From NCBI GenBank assembly GCA_963797555.1, contig CAWCPV010000004.1, positions 96,001 through 160,000 of the forward strand: a DNA stretch of 64,000 nucleotides, given 5' to 3'. The DNA comes from an uncultured Gammaproteobacteria bacterium. Its GTDB lineage: Bacteria; Pseudomonadota; Gammaproteobacteria; CAWCPV01. Below the pieces are notes generated by a model that saw only the letters and a list, made by a program, of their open reading frames with translations, was not told where the DNA came from and did not search any database. Positions 54,939-64,000 of the stretch are shown in pieces. Numbering within the stretch: position 1 is the stretch's first letter; each line of letters starts with the position of its first letter. Both the position numbers and the translations under genes were made by a program.

Positions 54939-55014
54939 TGGCTCCCCGGGACGGGCTCGAACCGCCGACCTAGTGGTTAACAGCCACCCGCTCTACCGAC
55001 TGAGCTACCGGGGA
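54939..55014 (-). tRNA. tRNA-Asn(GTT)
   Basis: 76-nt cloverleaf TCCCCGG TA GCTCAGTCGGTAGAGC G GGTGG CTGTTAA CCACT AGGTC GGCGG TTCGAGC CCGTC CCGGGGA GCCA. Confidence 0.97.
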
Positions 55015-55157
55015 AAACGCGCTCATGATACTGAGCGGCGTTGTGCACGGTCAATAGGCCGTGGGACGGGCTTCTGTTATCCTAGACGAGTGGGCAAGCA
55101 AGGTTGGGCTGGAGTGCAGCCCGGGTTCCCATGTTGGCGGTTCGCTCGGTAGCTATA

Positions 55158-55200
55158 TATAATTAGCACTCGCAAGTGGGCCTCTGGCCCATTTTTTGTT
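55158..55200 (+). promoter_or_regulatory. rimP promoter -10 and rimP-leader attenuator hairpin
   Basis: TATAAT at 55158-55163; GTGGGC-CTCTG-GCCCAT-TTTTT hairpin immediately upstream of rimP, as known for gammaproteobacterial rimP leaders. Confidence 0.75.
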
Positions 55201-55210
55201 TCTGAGCGTC

Positions 55211-55684
55211 ATGAATACAGGTATCGGCAGGTCGCCGTTGGTTGGTCGAGTGCAGGCGCTCCTGGAGCGGGTGGTCGAGCGGATGGGTTATGAGTTGGTT
55301 GGTGTCGAGTACGTGCATCAGCACGGTCGGCCGATACTTCGGATATACATCGACAAGGCGGAGGGAGTTACGGTGCATGATTGCCAGATGGTCAGCGAGC
55401 AGGTCGGCGCGTTGCTGGACGTGGAGGATCCACTGCGGCGTGCGTACTACCTCGAGGTTTCGTCTCCGGGGATCGAGCGGCCACTCTTCACGCGCGAGCA
55501 GTTTGCGCGCTTCATTGGTCGGCGTGCCCGGGTCCGGACCAGCCTGGCCATCGAGGGGCGACGCAACTTTGTGGGAGTCATCGCGCGGGTAGACAGCGAG
55601 GTGGTCCTGCTGCTGCCGGACGGGCATCTCGTGGCACTGGCTGTCCCGCAGATCGAGAAGGCCCGTCTTGTTCCTGAGGAGTGA
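55211..55684 (+). CDS. rimP: Ribosome maturation factor RimP
   Basis: GYELVGVE, LRIYIDK..GV...DC and YYLEVSSPGIERPL. Confidence 0.95.
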   Translation: MNTGIGRSPLVGRVQALLERVVERMGYELVGVEYVHQHGRPILRIYIDKAEGVTVHDCQMVSEQVGALLDVEDPLRRAYYLEVSSPGIERPLFTREQFARFIGRRARVRTSLAIEGRRNFVGVIARVDSEVVLLLPDGHLVALAVPQIEKARLVPEE

Positions 55685-55710
55685 GCATCGGGTCGTTGGA
55701 GGTCGCGTTT

Positions 55711-57225
55711 ATGAACAAGGAGATCTTGCTCGTGGTGGACGCGATGTCCCACGAAAAGGGTGTCGAAAAGGCTGTGATCTTCGAAGCGATCGAGGCCGCT
55801 TTGGCGACCGCCACCAAGAAACGCCACGGGGGCGATATCGATGTGCGGGTGGCGATCAACCGCGAATCAGGTGATTACGAAACATTTCGGCGCTGGGAGG
55901 TGGTACCGGACGAGGATCCGATGGAGGCGGCGGAGAGGCAGATGCGGTTGAGCGATGCCAACGCTATCCGATTGGGGATCGAGGTCGGCGGTTTCATCGA
56001 ACAGCCCCTGCCCTCAGTGGAGTTCGGCCGGATCGCTGCCCAGACGGCCAAACAGGTGATCGTTCAGAAGGTGCGGGAGGCGGAGCGGGCCAAGGTCATA
56101 GAAGCTTATCGCGGCCGGGTCGGTGCGCTGGTCATGGGGATCGTCAAGCGTACGGACCGTAACGGTGTGATGTTGGATCTGGGCGGCAACGTAGAGGCGT
56201 TCCTTCCCCGCGAGCAGCTGATCGGTAAGGAGGCCGTTCGGCCGGGTGACCGCTTGCGCGGCTACCTTTACGAGGTCAGGGAGGATATGCGCGGGCCGCA
56301 GCTCTTCCTGAGCCGCTCGGTGCCCGAGTTCCTGGTGGACCTTTTCAAGCTGGAAGTTCCGGAGGTGGGGGAGGGACTTATCGACATCGTTGCTGCCGCC
56401 CGCGATCCGGGATCACGGGCGAAGATCGCGGTACGGTCCAAGGACGCGCGCATCGACCCGGTGGGAGCGTGTGTGGGCATGCGGGGACTGCGGGTCCAAG
56501 CGGTGTCCAACGAACTGGCGGGAGAGCGCATCGACATCGTGTTGTGGGACGAGAACCCGGCGCAGTTTGCGATCAAGGCCATGGCACCGGCGGAAGTCAA
56601 GTCTATCGTGGTGGACGAGGACAGCCACAGCATGGACATCGCCGTGGCGGCGGAGTACCTCTCGCAAGCGATCGGCCGTGGAGGGCAGAACGTGCGGCTC
56701 GCCAGCCAGCTGACAGGCTGGGAACTGAACGTCATGAGTGAGGAGGAGGCCGAACAGAAGAGCGAGGTCGAGGCGCAAGTGCTTCAAGCGATGTTTATGC
56801 AGCAACTGGATGTGGACGAGGAGGTGGCTTCCATTCTGGTTCAGGAGGGTTTCTCGAGCATCGAGGAAGTCGCGTATGTTCCTGCTCAGGAGATGCTGAG
56901 CATCGACGAGTTCGACGAAACCATCGTGCAGGAGATCCGTAGCAGAGCCCGCGACGTCCTGCTGACCAGAGCAATAGCCAGTGAGGAGCAGTTGGGGCAC
57001 GCCCAGCCTGCGGCGGACCTGCTGGAGCTGGAGGGCATGGACGAGGATCTCGCGCGGCGCCTGGCGGAACAGGGCGTAGTCACGCGCGAGGATCTCGCAG
57101 AACAAGCGGTAGACGATGTCAAGGACATCGACGGAATGGGTGAGCAGCGCGCGGCGCAACTTATCATGAAGGCGCGAGAGGTGTGGTTTACCGACGCGCA
57201 AGAGGCGACCGACGGACAACAGTGA
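55711..57225 (+). CDS. nusA: Transcription termination factor NusA
   Basis: MNKEILLVV, FGRIAAQTAKQVI, ARDPGSRAKI and AIGRGGQNVRLAS. Confidence 0.98.
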   Translation: MNKEILLVVDAMSHEKGVEKAVIFEAIEAALATATKKRHGGDIDVRVAINRESGDYETFRRWEVVPDEDPMEAAERQMRLSDANAIRLGIEVGGFIEQPLPSVEFGRIAAQTAKQVIVQKVREAERAKVIEAYRGRVGALVMGIVKRTDRNGVMLDLGGNVEAFLPREQLIGKEAVRPGDRLRGYLYEVREDMRGPQLFLSRSVPEFLVDLFKLEVPEVGEGLIDIVAAARDPGSRAKIAVRSKDARIDPVGACVGMRGLRVQAVSNELAGERIDIVLWDENPAQFAIKAMAPAEVKSIVVDEDSHSMDIAVAAEYLSQAIGRGGQNVRLASQLTGWELNVMSEEEAEQKSEVEAQVLQAMFMQQLDVDEEVASILVQEGFSSIEEVAYVPAQEMLSIDEFDETIVQEIRSRARDVLLTRAIASEEQLGHAQPAADLLELEGMDEDLARRLAEQGVVTREDLAEQAVDDVKDIDGMGEQRAAQLIMKAREVWFTDAQEATDGQQ

Positions 57226-57256
57226 TTGTCGGAGGCCGTAGCGGAGGACGTTGCAA

Positions 57257-59803
57257 ATGGCAGAGCTCACGGTAAAAGAGTTTGCGAGCGTGGTCGGGGT
57301 CCCGGTCGAACGGCTGTTGTTACAGCTAGACGCAGCGGGCCTGCCCATCAAGAACGCCGAGGAGACCATCAGCGACAGGGAGAAGTTGCAACTGCTGAGC
57401 TACCTGCGCCAAGCCCATGGTGGGGAAGAGCCTCCCGTCGCGACGGAGCCGAAGCGAGTCACGCTGCGCCGCAAGACGGTGAGCGAGATCAAGGTGCCGG
57501 GCGGCCCCGGCAGGGCCAAGACAGTCAGTGTGGAGGTGCGTCGCCGCCGCACGTATGTCAAGCGCAGCGCGGTGCCGGGCAAGGAAGCCCTGGAAGAGGA
57601 CATGCATGGGGAGGAGATCAAACGCGCCGAGGCTGAAGAGCGTGCCCGCGAAGAGGAACGAGTACGCATGGAGGAGGCCGGGCGCCAGCGGCAGCTCGAA
57701 GAGCAGCGTCAGGCGGAGGAGGAAGAGGCACGCCGCAAGGCCGAGGAAGAGTCACGTCACAAGGCCGAGGAAGCCGTCAAGCTGCGCGAGCAGGTACAGG
57801 CCGGAGAGCAGCGTAAGGCCAAGACGGAAGAGAGGCCAGCGTCCGAAGCGCCCCCCAAGGCCGCAGAGAAGAAAGGGCGGAAACGGCTGACTCGAGAGGA
57901 GCGTGGCGGAGACCGGGAAGCCAAGGTCGGGCGGGAAGAGTTGCATGTAGCGCCGGACAAGACCGGCCGGCGCAGGAAGCCGAAGACCGCTGCGCGCCAG
58001 CCTGCGCTGCCAGCGACCCAGCACGGCTTCGTGAAGCCCAGTGCACCGGTGGTGCGCGACGTCGTTCTTCCTGAAACCATGACGGTGGCGGAGTTGGCTC
58101 AAAAAATGGCGGTCAAGGCCGCAGAGGTGATCAAAGTGATGATGGGGCTCGGCGTCATGGCCACCATCAACCAAGTCATCGACCAAGAGACGGCAGCCGT
58201 CGTCGTGGAGGAGATGGGGCATGTGCCCAAGCTCCTGCGCGAGAACGCCCTGGAAGAGAGCCTGGCTCTGGTCGAGGAGACCGAGGGGACAAGCAAGCCG
58301 CGGCCTCCGGTGGTGACCGTCATGGGCCACGTGGACCACGGCAAGACCTCGCTGCTCGACCACATCCGTCGGACACGCGTGGCCGCGGGCGAGGCCGGTG
58401 GCATCACGCAGCATATCGGTGCCTACCACGTGGAGACCCGCAAGGGCACGGTGACGTTCCTGGATACCCCGGGTCACGAGGCCTTTACCGCGATGCGTGC
58501 ACGGGGGGCCAGGGCGACGGACATCGTGGTGCTGGTGGTGGCGGCAGATGACGGCGTAAAGCCCCAGACCGTAGAGGCCATCCAGCATGCCAGGGCGGCA
58601 CGGGTGCCGCTGGTCGTGGCGGTCAACAAGATCGATAAGCCTGGTGCGGACCCGGACCGTGTACGGCAGGAACTGTCGGGCCAGGGAGTGATCCCGGAGG
58701 CATGGGGCGGAGACGCTATGTTCGTTAATGTTTCCGCGAAGACGGGCGAAGGTATCGACGAGTTGCTTGACTCTATCGTTACCCAGGCCGAGGTGCTGGA
58801 ACTGACCGCGGTGGAGGACGTCCCGGCGCGCGGAGTCGTTCTCGAATCGACCCTGGACAAGGGACGCGGTCCGGTGGCCACGGTGCTGGTCCAACACGGT
58901 ATCCTGCGGCGCGGTGAAGTGCTGCTTGCGGGTCAGGAATATGGCCGCGTGCGCGCGCTGCTGGACGAGAACGGCAAAAATGTCGAGGAGGCGAGAGCGT
59001 CCACGCCCGTGGTGGTGTTGGGGCTCTCCGGTACACCGGCGGCGGGGGACGAGACCATGGTCGTGCCCGACGAACGCAAGGCTCGGGAGGTGGCCCTCTT
59101 CCGCCAGGGCAAATACCGCGAGGTCAAGCTGGCGAGGCAGGCAAAGCCCAAGCTGGAGGATGTGTTCTCCAGGATGCAGGAAGGTGAGACCCGTGCCCTT
59201 AACATCGTTCTAAAGGCGGACGTGCAGGGCTCGGTCGAGGCACTGAGCAGCGCACTCACACAGCTTTCCAGCGCAGAGGTGCACGTGCACATCGTGGGTT
59301 CCGGGGTCGGCGGCATCACCGAGTCCGATGTCAATTTGGCCGCTGCTTCCAACGCCATCCTGATCGGCTTCAACGTGCGCGGCAATTCCGGTGCCCGCAG
59401 GCTCATCACAGAACAAGGTGTAGACGTGCATTACTACAGCGTGATCTACGACGTCATCGACGAGGTCAAGCGCGCCATCAATGGCATGCTGGCGCCGGAA
59501 ATCAAGGAGGAGATCATCGGACTGGCGGAGGTGCGCGACGTGTTCCGGTCGCCGAGATTCGGCACCGTCGGCGGGTGTCTGGTGCTGGAGGGGGTGGTAC
59601 GGCGCAATCGCCCGATCCGCGTACTGCGCGACAATGTCGTCCTCTTGGAAGGTGAGCTGGATTCGCTGCGTCGCTTCAAGGAGGACGTGGCGGAGGTACG
59701 GGCCGGTACGGAGTGCGGCATAGGCATCAAGAACTTCAGTGACATCCGGGCAGGAGACCAAGTCGAGGTGTTCGAGCGCGTCGAAGTGGCGCGGGCGGTT
59801 TAG
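57257..59803 (+). CDS. infB: Translation initiation factor IF-2
   Basis: [38 protein letters not shown] and KADVQGS. Confidence 0.98.
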   Translation: MAELTVKEFASVVGVPVERLLLQLDAAGLPIKNAEETISDREKLQLLSYLRQAHGGEEPPVATEPKRVTLRRKTVSEIKVPGGPGRAKTVSVEVRRRRTYVKRSAVPGKEALEEDMHGEEIKRAEAEERAREEERVRMEEAGRQRQLEEQRQAEEEEARRKAEEESRHKAEEAVKLREQVQAGEQRKAKTEERPASEAPPKAAEKKGRKRLTREERGGDREAKVGREELHVAPDKTGRRRKPKTAARQPALPATQHGFVKPSAPVVRDVVLPETMTVAELAQKMAVKAAEVIKVMMGLGVMATINQVIDQETAAVVVEEMGHVPKLLRENALEESLALVEETEGTSKPRPPVVTVMGHVDHGKTSLLDHIRRTRVAAGEAGGITQHIGAYHVETRKGTVTFLDTPGHEAFTAMRARGARATDIVVLVVAADDGVKPQTVEAIQHARAARVPLVVAVNKIDKPGADPDRVRQELSGQGVIPEAWGGDAMFVNVSAKTGEGIDELLDSIVTQAEVLELTAVEDVPARGVVLESTLDKGRGPVATVLVQHGILRRGEVLLAGQEYGRVRALLDENGKNVEEARASTPVVVLGLSGTPAAGDETMVVPDERKAREVALFRQGKYREVKLARQAKPKLEDVFSRMQEGETRALNIVLKADVQGSVEALSSALTQLSSAEVHVHIVGSGVGGITESDVNLAAASNAILIGFNVRGNSGARRLITEQGVDVHYYSVIYDVIDEVKRAINGMLAPEIKEEIIGLAEVRDVFRSPRFGTVGGCLVLEGVVRRNRPIRVLRDNVVLLEGELDSLRRFKEDVAEVRAGTECGIGIKNFSDIRAGDQVEVFERVEVARAV

Positions 59804-59805
59804 CG

Positions 59806-60186
59806 ATGCCACGCGAGTTCCAGCGCACCGAACGTGTCGGCGACCTCCTGCAGCGCGAGCTGGCGGTGCTTCTTGAGACAGAGGTTCGGGACCGAGGGCT
59901 GGGTTTGGTGACGGTGTCGGGAGCGGAGGTGTCGCGGGACTTGGCGCATGCCAGAGTCTATGTCTCCGTGCTCAACAGTCCGCGCGACATCGCGTCGGTC
60001 ATCAAGATGCTTAACGAGGCGGCAGGACATTTGCGGCACCGGCTCTCCCAACGCCTTCGTCTTCGGTCTGTGCCGCGCCTGCGATTCGTGTATGACGCCT
60101 CCATCGCCCAGGGCGCCAAGCTGTCGGAACTCATTGACGCTGCAGTCGCCGCGGACGAGAGCAAGCACAAGGAGACTCATGGGTAA
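59806..60186 (+). CDS. rbfA: Ribosome-binding factor A
   Basis: RTERV...[16 protein letters not shown]...VPRLRFVYD. Confidence 0.96.
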   Translation: MPREFQRTERVGDLLQRELAVLLETEVRDRGLGLVTVSGAEVSRDLAHARVYVSVLNSPRDIASVIKMLNEAAGHLRHRLSQRLRLRSVPRLRFVYDASIAQGAKLSELIDAAVAADESKHKETHG

Positions 60187-61115
60187 GCGTCCGACCAGAG
60201 GCCGCGACGTGCAGGGCATCCTGCTACTGGATAAGCCTCCCGGAATCAGCTCCAATGCTTCCTTGCAGGAGGTCAAGCGACTGTATCGCGCACGCAAGGC
60301 GGGGCATACCGGCAGCCTGGACCGCATCGCCACCGGGATGCTTCCCGTCTGCCTTGGGGAGGCGACGAAGCTCTCGGGCTTCTTGCTGCACGCGGACAAG
60401 CGCTACCGGGCGGTGTTCAAGCTCGGGGTGCGGACCACAACCGGGGATAGTGAGGGACGGGTGGTGGAGACAAGGCCCGTCTCGGTCCTAGGCGAACGGG
60501 CCGTGCTGGAGGTGCTCGGTCGATTCATCGGCAGCATCGAGCAGGTCCCGCCTATGTTTTCGGCCGTCAAACACCAGGGCCAGCGGCTCTACCGTCTCGC
60601 CCACCAGGGGGTGACCGTGGAGCGGGAGGCGCGCGTGGTTAACGTTCACGAGCTCAATCTCCTGCGCCTGCAGGGCGACGAGATGGAGGTAGAGGTTGCT
60701 TGCTCCAAGGGAACGTACGTGCGCACTCTGGCGGAGGACATCGGCGAAGCGCTGGCTACGGGAGTCTCACGTGAGCAGTCTGCGTCGCCTGGGGGTCGGA
60801 CCCTTCCAAGAGCAACAGATGATAACATTGGAAACCTTGGGCGAGGTTGCCGTACGGGGCCTGGAGGCACTGGATGCCGTGCTGTTGCCGTCCGATGCGG
60901 CGGTGCTGCAGTGGCCCGCGGTTAAGCTGTCCGGAGATGTGAGCTACTACCTTAGGCTCGGACAACCAGTTATGGTACCGCACGCGCCGACCGACGGTTG
61001 GGTTCGGCTCTATGGCAATGGCGCTTTTCTGGGGGTGGGGGAGGTTTTGGATGACGGGCGTATCGCGCCGCGCCGACTGGTGGATGTCGCGCCCCACACC
61101 ACCAGCTTTCCATAG
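60179..61115 (+). pseudogene. truB: tRNA pseudouridine-55 synthase with a +1 frameshift near 60765
   Basis: [17 protein letters not shown] and [13 protein letters not shown]. One extra T in GGAGTCTCACGTG shifts (GA)HVSSLRR...PRRL into another frame. Confidence 0.9.
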
Positions 61116-61174
61116 GCTGGCATTTACAATAGAATGCCTTAGTTTGGGCGGAAGGTTTGCGCGAGGAATCATGC

Positions 61175-61444
61175 ATGTCCATGAGCACGGAGCGGAAACG
61201 CACGATCATCGAGGAGTACCAACGCGTCAGCGGTGATACCGGCTCCCCCGAGGTTCAGGTCGCTTTGCTGTCAGAGCGCATCCAGCATCTCACCGGTCAC
61301 TTCAAGGTGCACGCCCACGACCACCATTCCCGCCGAGGCCTCATGAAGATGGTGGCCCAACGCAGAAAGCTTCTGGATTATCTGAAGGCGCGTGACGCCG
61401 ATCGATATAAGGAGCTTATCGCGCGGCTTGGCTTGCGTAAGTAA
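61175..61444 (+). CDS. rpsO: 30S ribosomal protein S15
   Basis: [12 protein letters not shown]...HDHHSRRGL...LGLRK. Confidence 0.98.
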   Translation: MSMSTERKRTIIEEYQRVSGDTGSPEVQVALLSERIQHLTGHFKVHAHDHHSRRGLMKMVAQRRKLLDYLKARDADRYKELIARLGLRK

Positions 61445-61459
61445 ATCGAAGGTACGCCT

Positions 61460-63565
61460 GTGGCTCCCGTCCAGAAGACTTTCCAATATGGCCCCTATAC
61501 CGTCAGGCTAGAGACCGGAAACATTGCCCGCCAGGCGAGCGGTGCGGTGATTTCGAGTATGGGCGACACCGTGGTCCTGGTGACCGTGGTGGGTCTCAAA
61601 CAGGCGGTCGAAGGGCGCGATTTCTTTCCGCTCACGGTCAACTACCAGGAGCGTACCTATGCCGCAGGGCGCATTCCCGGGGGGTTCTTTCGTCGGGAGG
61701 GGCGCCCCAGCGAGAAGGAGGTGTTGACCTCGCGGCTCATCGACCGGCCGTTGCGACCGTTATTCCCCAAGGATTTCAAGCGCGAGGTCCAGATCATCGC
61801 GACGGTGCTGTCGGTGGACGATGACATCGACCCGGATATCCCGGCCATGATCGGGGCGTCCGCCGCACTGGCGGTGTCAGGGATTCCGTTCAGGGGGCCG
61901 CTGGGTGCCGCCCGAGTTGGCTACCTCGACGGCGAGTACTTGCTGAACCCGGGCTTCAGCCAGCTCAAGCGCTCCGTCCTGGACTTGGTCGTGGCCGGGA
62001 CCGATGATGCCGTGCTGATGGTGGAGTCAGAGGCCAAGGAGCTGTCCGAGGAGGTGATGCTCGGGGCTGTCATGTTTGGGCACCACCAGATGCAGGCGGT
62101 GATCCAGGCCATCCGGGAATTAGCGATGGAGGTCGGGCCGGCGCCGTGGGGGTGGCAGCCTCCGCCTGGGGATGACGCTCTTCGTGCGGTCGTTGCGCAA
62201 GCGGCGCAGGCGGACATCGACGAAGCCTACCGGTTGCGTGATAAACAGCCACGGCTGCAACGGCTGGCCGAGATTCGGGCCGCAGTGGTGGCGCGGCTGA
62301 GTTCGGAGGAGGGGGGTGGCTGGGCGCCCGACGGAGTTTTGCATGCCGTAGAGAGCTTGGAGAAGAAGGTGGTGCGCGACCGTATCCTCAACGGCGAGCC
62401 GCGCATCGATGGGCGCGATACGCGCGCCGTGCGTCCGATCGCGGTGCGCACCGGGGTGCTGCCTCGGACTCATGGCTCGGCGCTGTTCACGCGCGGCGAG
62501 ACGCAGGCGCTGGTGGTGACGACGTTGGGCACAGAGCGCGAGGCTCAGACCATCGACGCGCTGGAGGGGGAGCGTCGGGAACCATTCATGCTCCACTACA
62601 ACTTCCCTCCCTACAGCGTCGGGGAGACCGGCTTGGTCGGCTCGCCCAAGCGTCGGGAGATCGGCCATGGACGGCTGGCAAAACGCGCCTTGCTGGCGGT
62701 CATGCCGGGGCTTGATAACTTTCCGTACGTGATCCGGGTGGTTTCCGAAATCACCGAGTCCAACGGATCGAGCTCGATGGCCACGGTCTGCGGGGCCAGC
62801 CTGTCCCTCATGGATGCCGGCGTGCCTATCAGCGCACCCGTGGCGGGCGTTGCGATGGGCCTCATCAAGGAGCAAGAACGTTTTGCTGTCCTGACCGACA
62901 TCTTGGGGGACGAGGACCATCTGGGAGACATGGATTTCAAGGTGGCCGGCACCGTCCACGGGGTGACCGCGCTGCAGATGGACATCAAGATCACCGGCAT
63001 CACCCGCGAGATCATGCAGGCCGCACTGGGGCAGGCTCGGCAGGGGCGGCTGCACATCCTGGAGGCCATGAACCGGGTGATCGCGGCGCCGCGCAAGGAC
63101 ATGTCCGTCTATGCGCCGCGCATCGTGACTTTCAAGATTCCGCCGGACAAGATCCGAGATGTGATCGGGAAGGGCGGGGTGACCATCCGCGCTATCACCG
63201 AGGAAACGGGCACCAGTATCGACATCGCCGACGACGGGACTGTGAAGATCGCCTCGGTGGACAGGGCGGCAGGCGAGGAGGCGCGTCGGCGCGTCGAGGA
63301 GATCACCGCGGAGGTGGAAGTGGGCAAGATTTACCAGGGACGCGTAGCCAAGCTCATGGACTTCGGCGCCTTCGTGACCATTCTGCCCGGGAAGGACGGT
63401 CTCGTGCATATCTCCCAGATCTCCGAGGAACGCGTCCAGAACGTCAGTGACAAGCTGACGGAGGGCGATATGGTCCGCGTCAAGGTCCTGGAGATCGACA
63501 AGCAGGGGCGCATCCGCCTCAGCATCAAAGCGGTCGGTCAGGAGGGCGGGCAGGAGCAGGGATAG
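61460..63565 (+). CDS. pnp: Polyribonucleotide nucleotidyltransferase
   Basis: [37 protein letters not shown], plus KH and S1 domains. Confidence 0.98.
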   Translation: MAPVQKTFQYGPYTVRLETGNIARQASGAVISSMGDTVVLVTVVGLKQAVEGRDFFPLTVNYQERTYAAGRIPGGFFRREGRPSEKEVLTSRLIDRPLRPLFPKDFKREVQIIATVLSVDDDIDPDIPAMIGASAALAVSGIPFRGPLGAARVGYLDGEYLLNPGFSQLKRSVLDLVVAGTDDAVLMVESEAKELSEEVMLGAVMFGHHQMQAVIQAIRELAMEVGPAPWGWQPPPGDDALRAVVAQAAQADIDEAYRLRDKQPRLQRLAEIRAAVVARLSSEEGGGWAPDGVLHAVESLEKKVVRDRILNGEPRIDGRDTRAVRPIAVRTGVLPRTHGSALFTRGETQALVVTTLGTEREAQTIDALEGERREPFMLHYNFPPYSVGETGLVGSPKRREIGHGRLAKRALLAVMPGLDNFPYVIRVVSEITESNGSSSMATVCGASLSLMDAGVPISAPVAGVAMGLIKEQERFAVLTDILGDEDHLGDMDFKVAGTVHGVTALQMDIKITGITREIMQAALGQARQGRLHILEAMNRVIAAPRKDMSVYAPRIVTFKIPPDKIRDVIGKGGVTIRAITEETGTSIDIADDGTVKIASVDRAAGEEARRRVEEITAEVEVGKIYQGRVAKLMDFGAFVTILPGKDGLVHISQISEERVQNVSDKLTEGDMVRVKVLEIDKQGRIRLSIKAVGQEGGQEQG

Positions 63566-63569
63566 CGGC

Positions 63570-64000
63570 GTGCCCTCCTTCAACGTCGTCTCGGAGGTCG
63601 ACAGCCACGAGCTGCGCAACGCGGTGGACCAAGCCAACCGCGAGGTCGAGCAGCGTTTCGACTTCAAAGGATCCGCGGCGCGCATCGACCAGGAAGGCTT
63701 GGTGCTGACCCTGCATGCTGCGACGGAGTTCCAACTCAAGCAGATGGCGGACGTGTTCCACGCCAAGCTGGCGCGGCGTGGCGTGGACCTGGACTGCTTG
63801 GCCCCCGATGCGCCCGAGATAAGTGGCCAGCGCGCGCGCCAGCGCGTCACCGTTCGCCAGGGGATAGATGCCGAGCTGGGACGAAGGATCGTCAAGCTCG
63901 TCAAGGAGACCAAGCTCAAGGTCCAGGCCGGTATCCAGGGCGATCAGGTGCGTGTGAGCGGGAAGAAACGCGACGACCTGCAGGCTGTCGTCGCGATGCT
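63570..64000 (+). CDS. yajQ: YajQ-family nucleotide-binding protein, 3'-truncated by window
   Basis: GTG start; PSFNVVSEVD.HE..NAVDQANRE...RFDFKGS...KLKVQAGIQGDQVRVSGKKRDDLQ. Confidence 0.95.
   Translation, partial: MPSFNVVSEVDSHELRNAVDQANREVEQRFDFKGSAARIDQEGLVLTLHAATEFQLKQMADVFHAKLARRGVDLDCLAPDAPEISGQRARQRVTVRQGIDAELGRRIVKLVKETKLKVQAGIQGDQVRVSGKKRDDLQAVVAM

Overview
GC-rich gammaproteobacterial chromosome segment; gene content suggests a Chromatiales-like sulfur oxidiser (inference). Left part (1-22.7 kb): an ImmA/IrrE metallopeptidase + PIN toxin pair, apbC-dcd, rubredoxin, thiD-thiE, a six-gene hydrogenase-4-like operon whose large subunit lacks the NiFe cysteine motifs (Ehr-type complex), an EAL-CZB phosphodiesterase, alpha/beta hydrolase, SRAP peptidase, NUDIX, ferritin-like protein and pirin. 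Middle (22.7-54.9 kb): a dense field of mostly broken mobile elements (IS4/IS50, IS1634, IS3, IS110, IS21, IS5, IS630, IS1380, ISL3, two elements I cannot classify, a group II intron RT and a serine-recombinase remnant), interrupted only by typA, a PDC-sensor gene and hns. Target duplications resolve 34-45.4 kb into a nest of eight IS elements with two five-deep branches; in one branch each element landed in the terminal repeat of the previous one. Right part: tRNA-Asn and rimP-nusA-infB-rbfA-truB-rpsO-pnp-yajQ. The best novelty candidates are a TIR-less element with a structured RNA leader (32.0-33.2 kb), an unclassified 2.3-kb IS with a CANTG target (two copies), a candidate IS110 bridge RNA, structured ISL3 leaders, and the Ehr operon with apparent ACG/ATC start codons. 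Several single-base frameshifts (hyfE, truB, PDC sensor) may be real decay or consensus errors. All family assignments come from motif recognition by eye; no searches were run.
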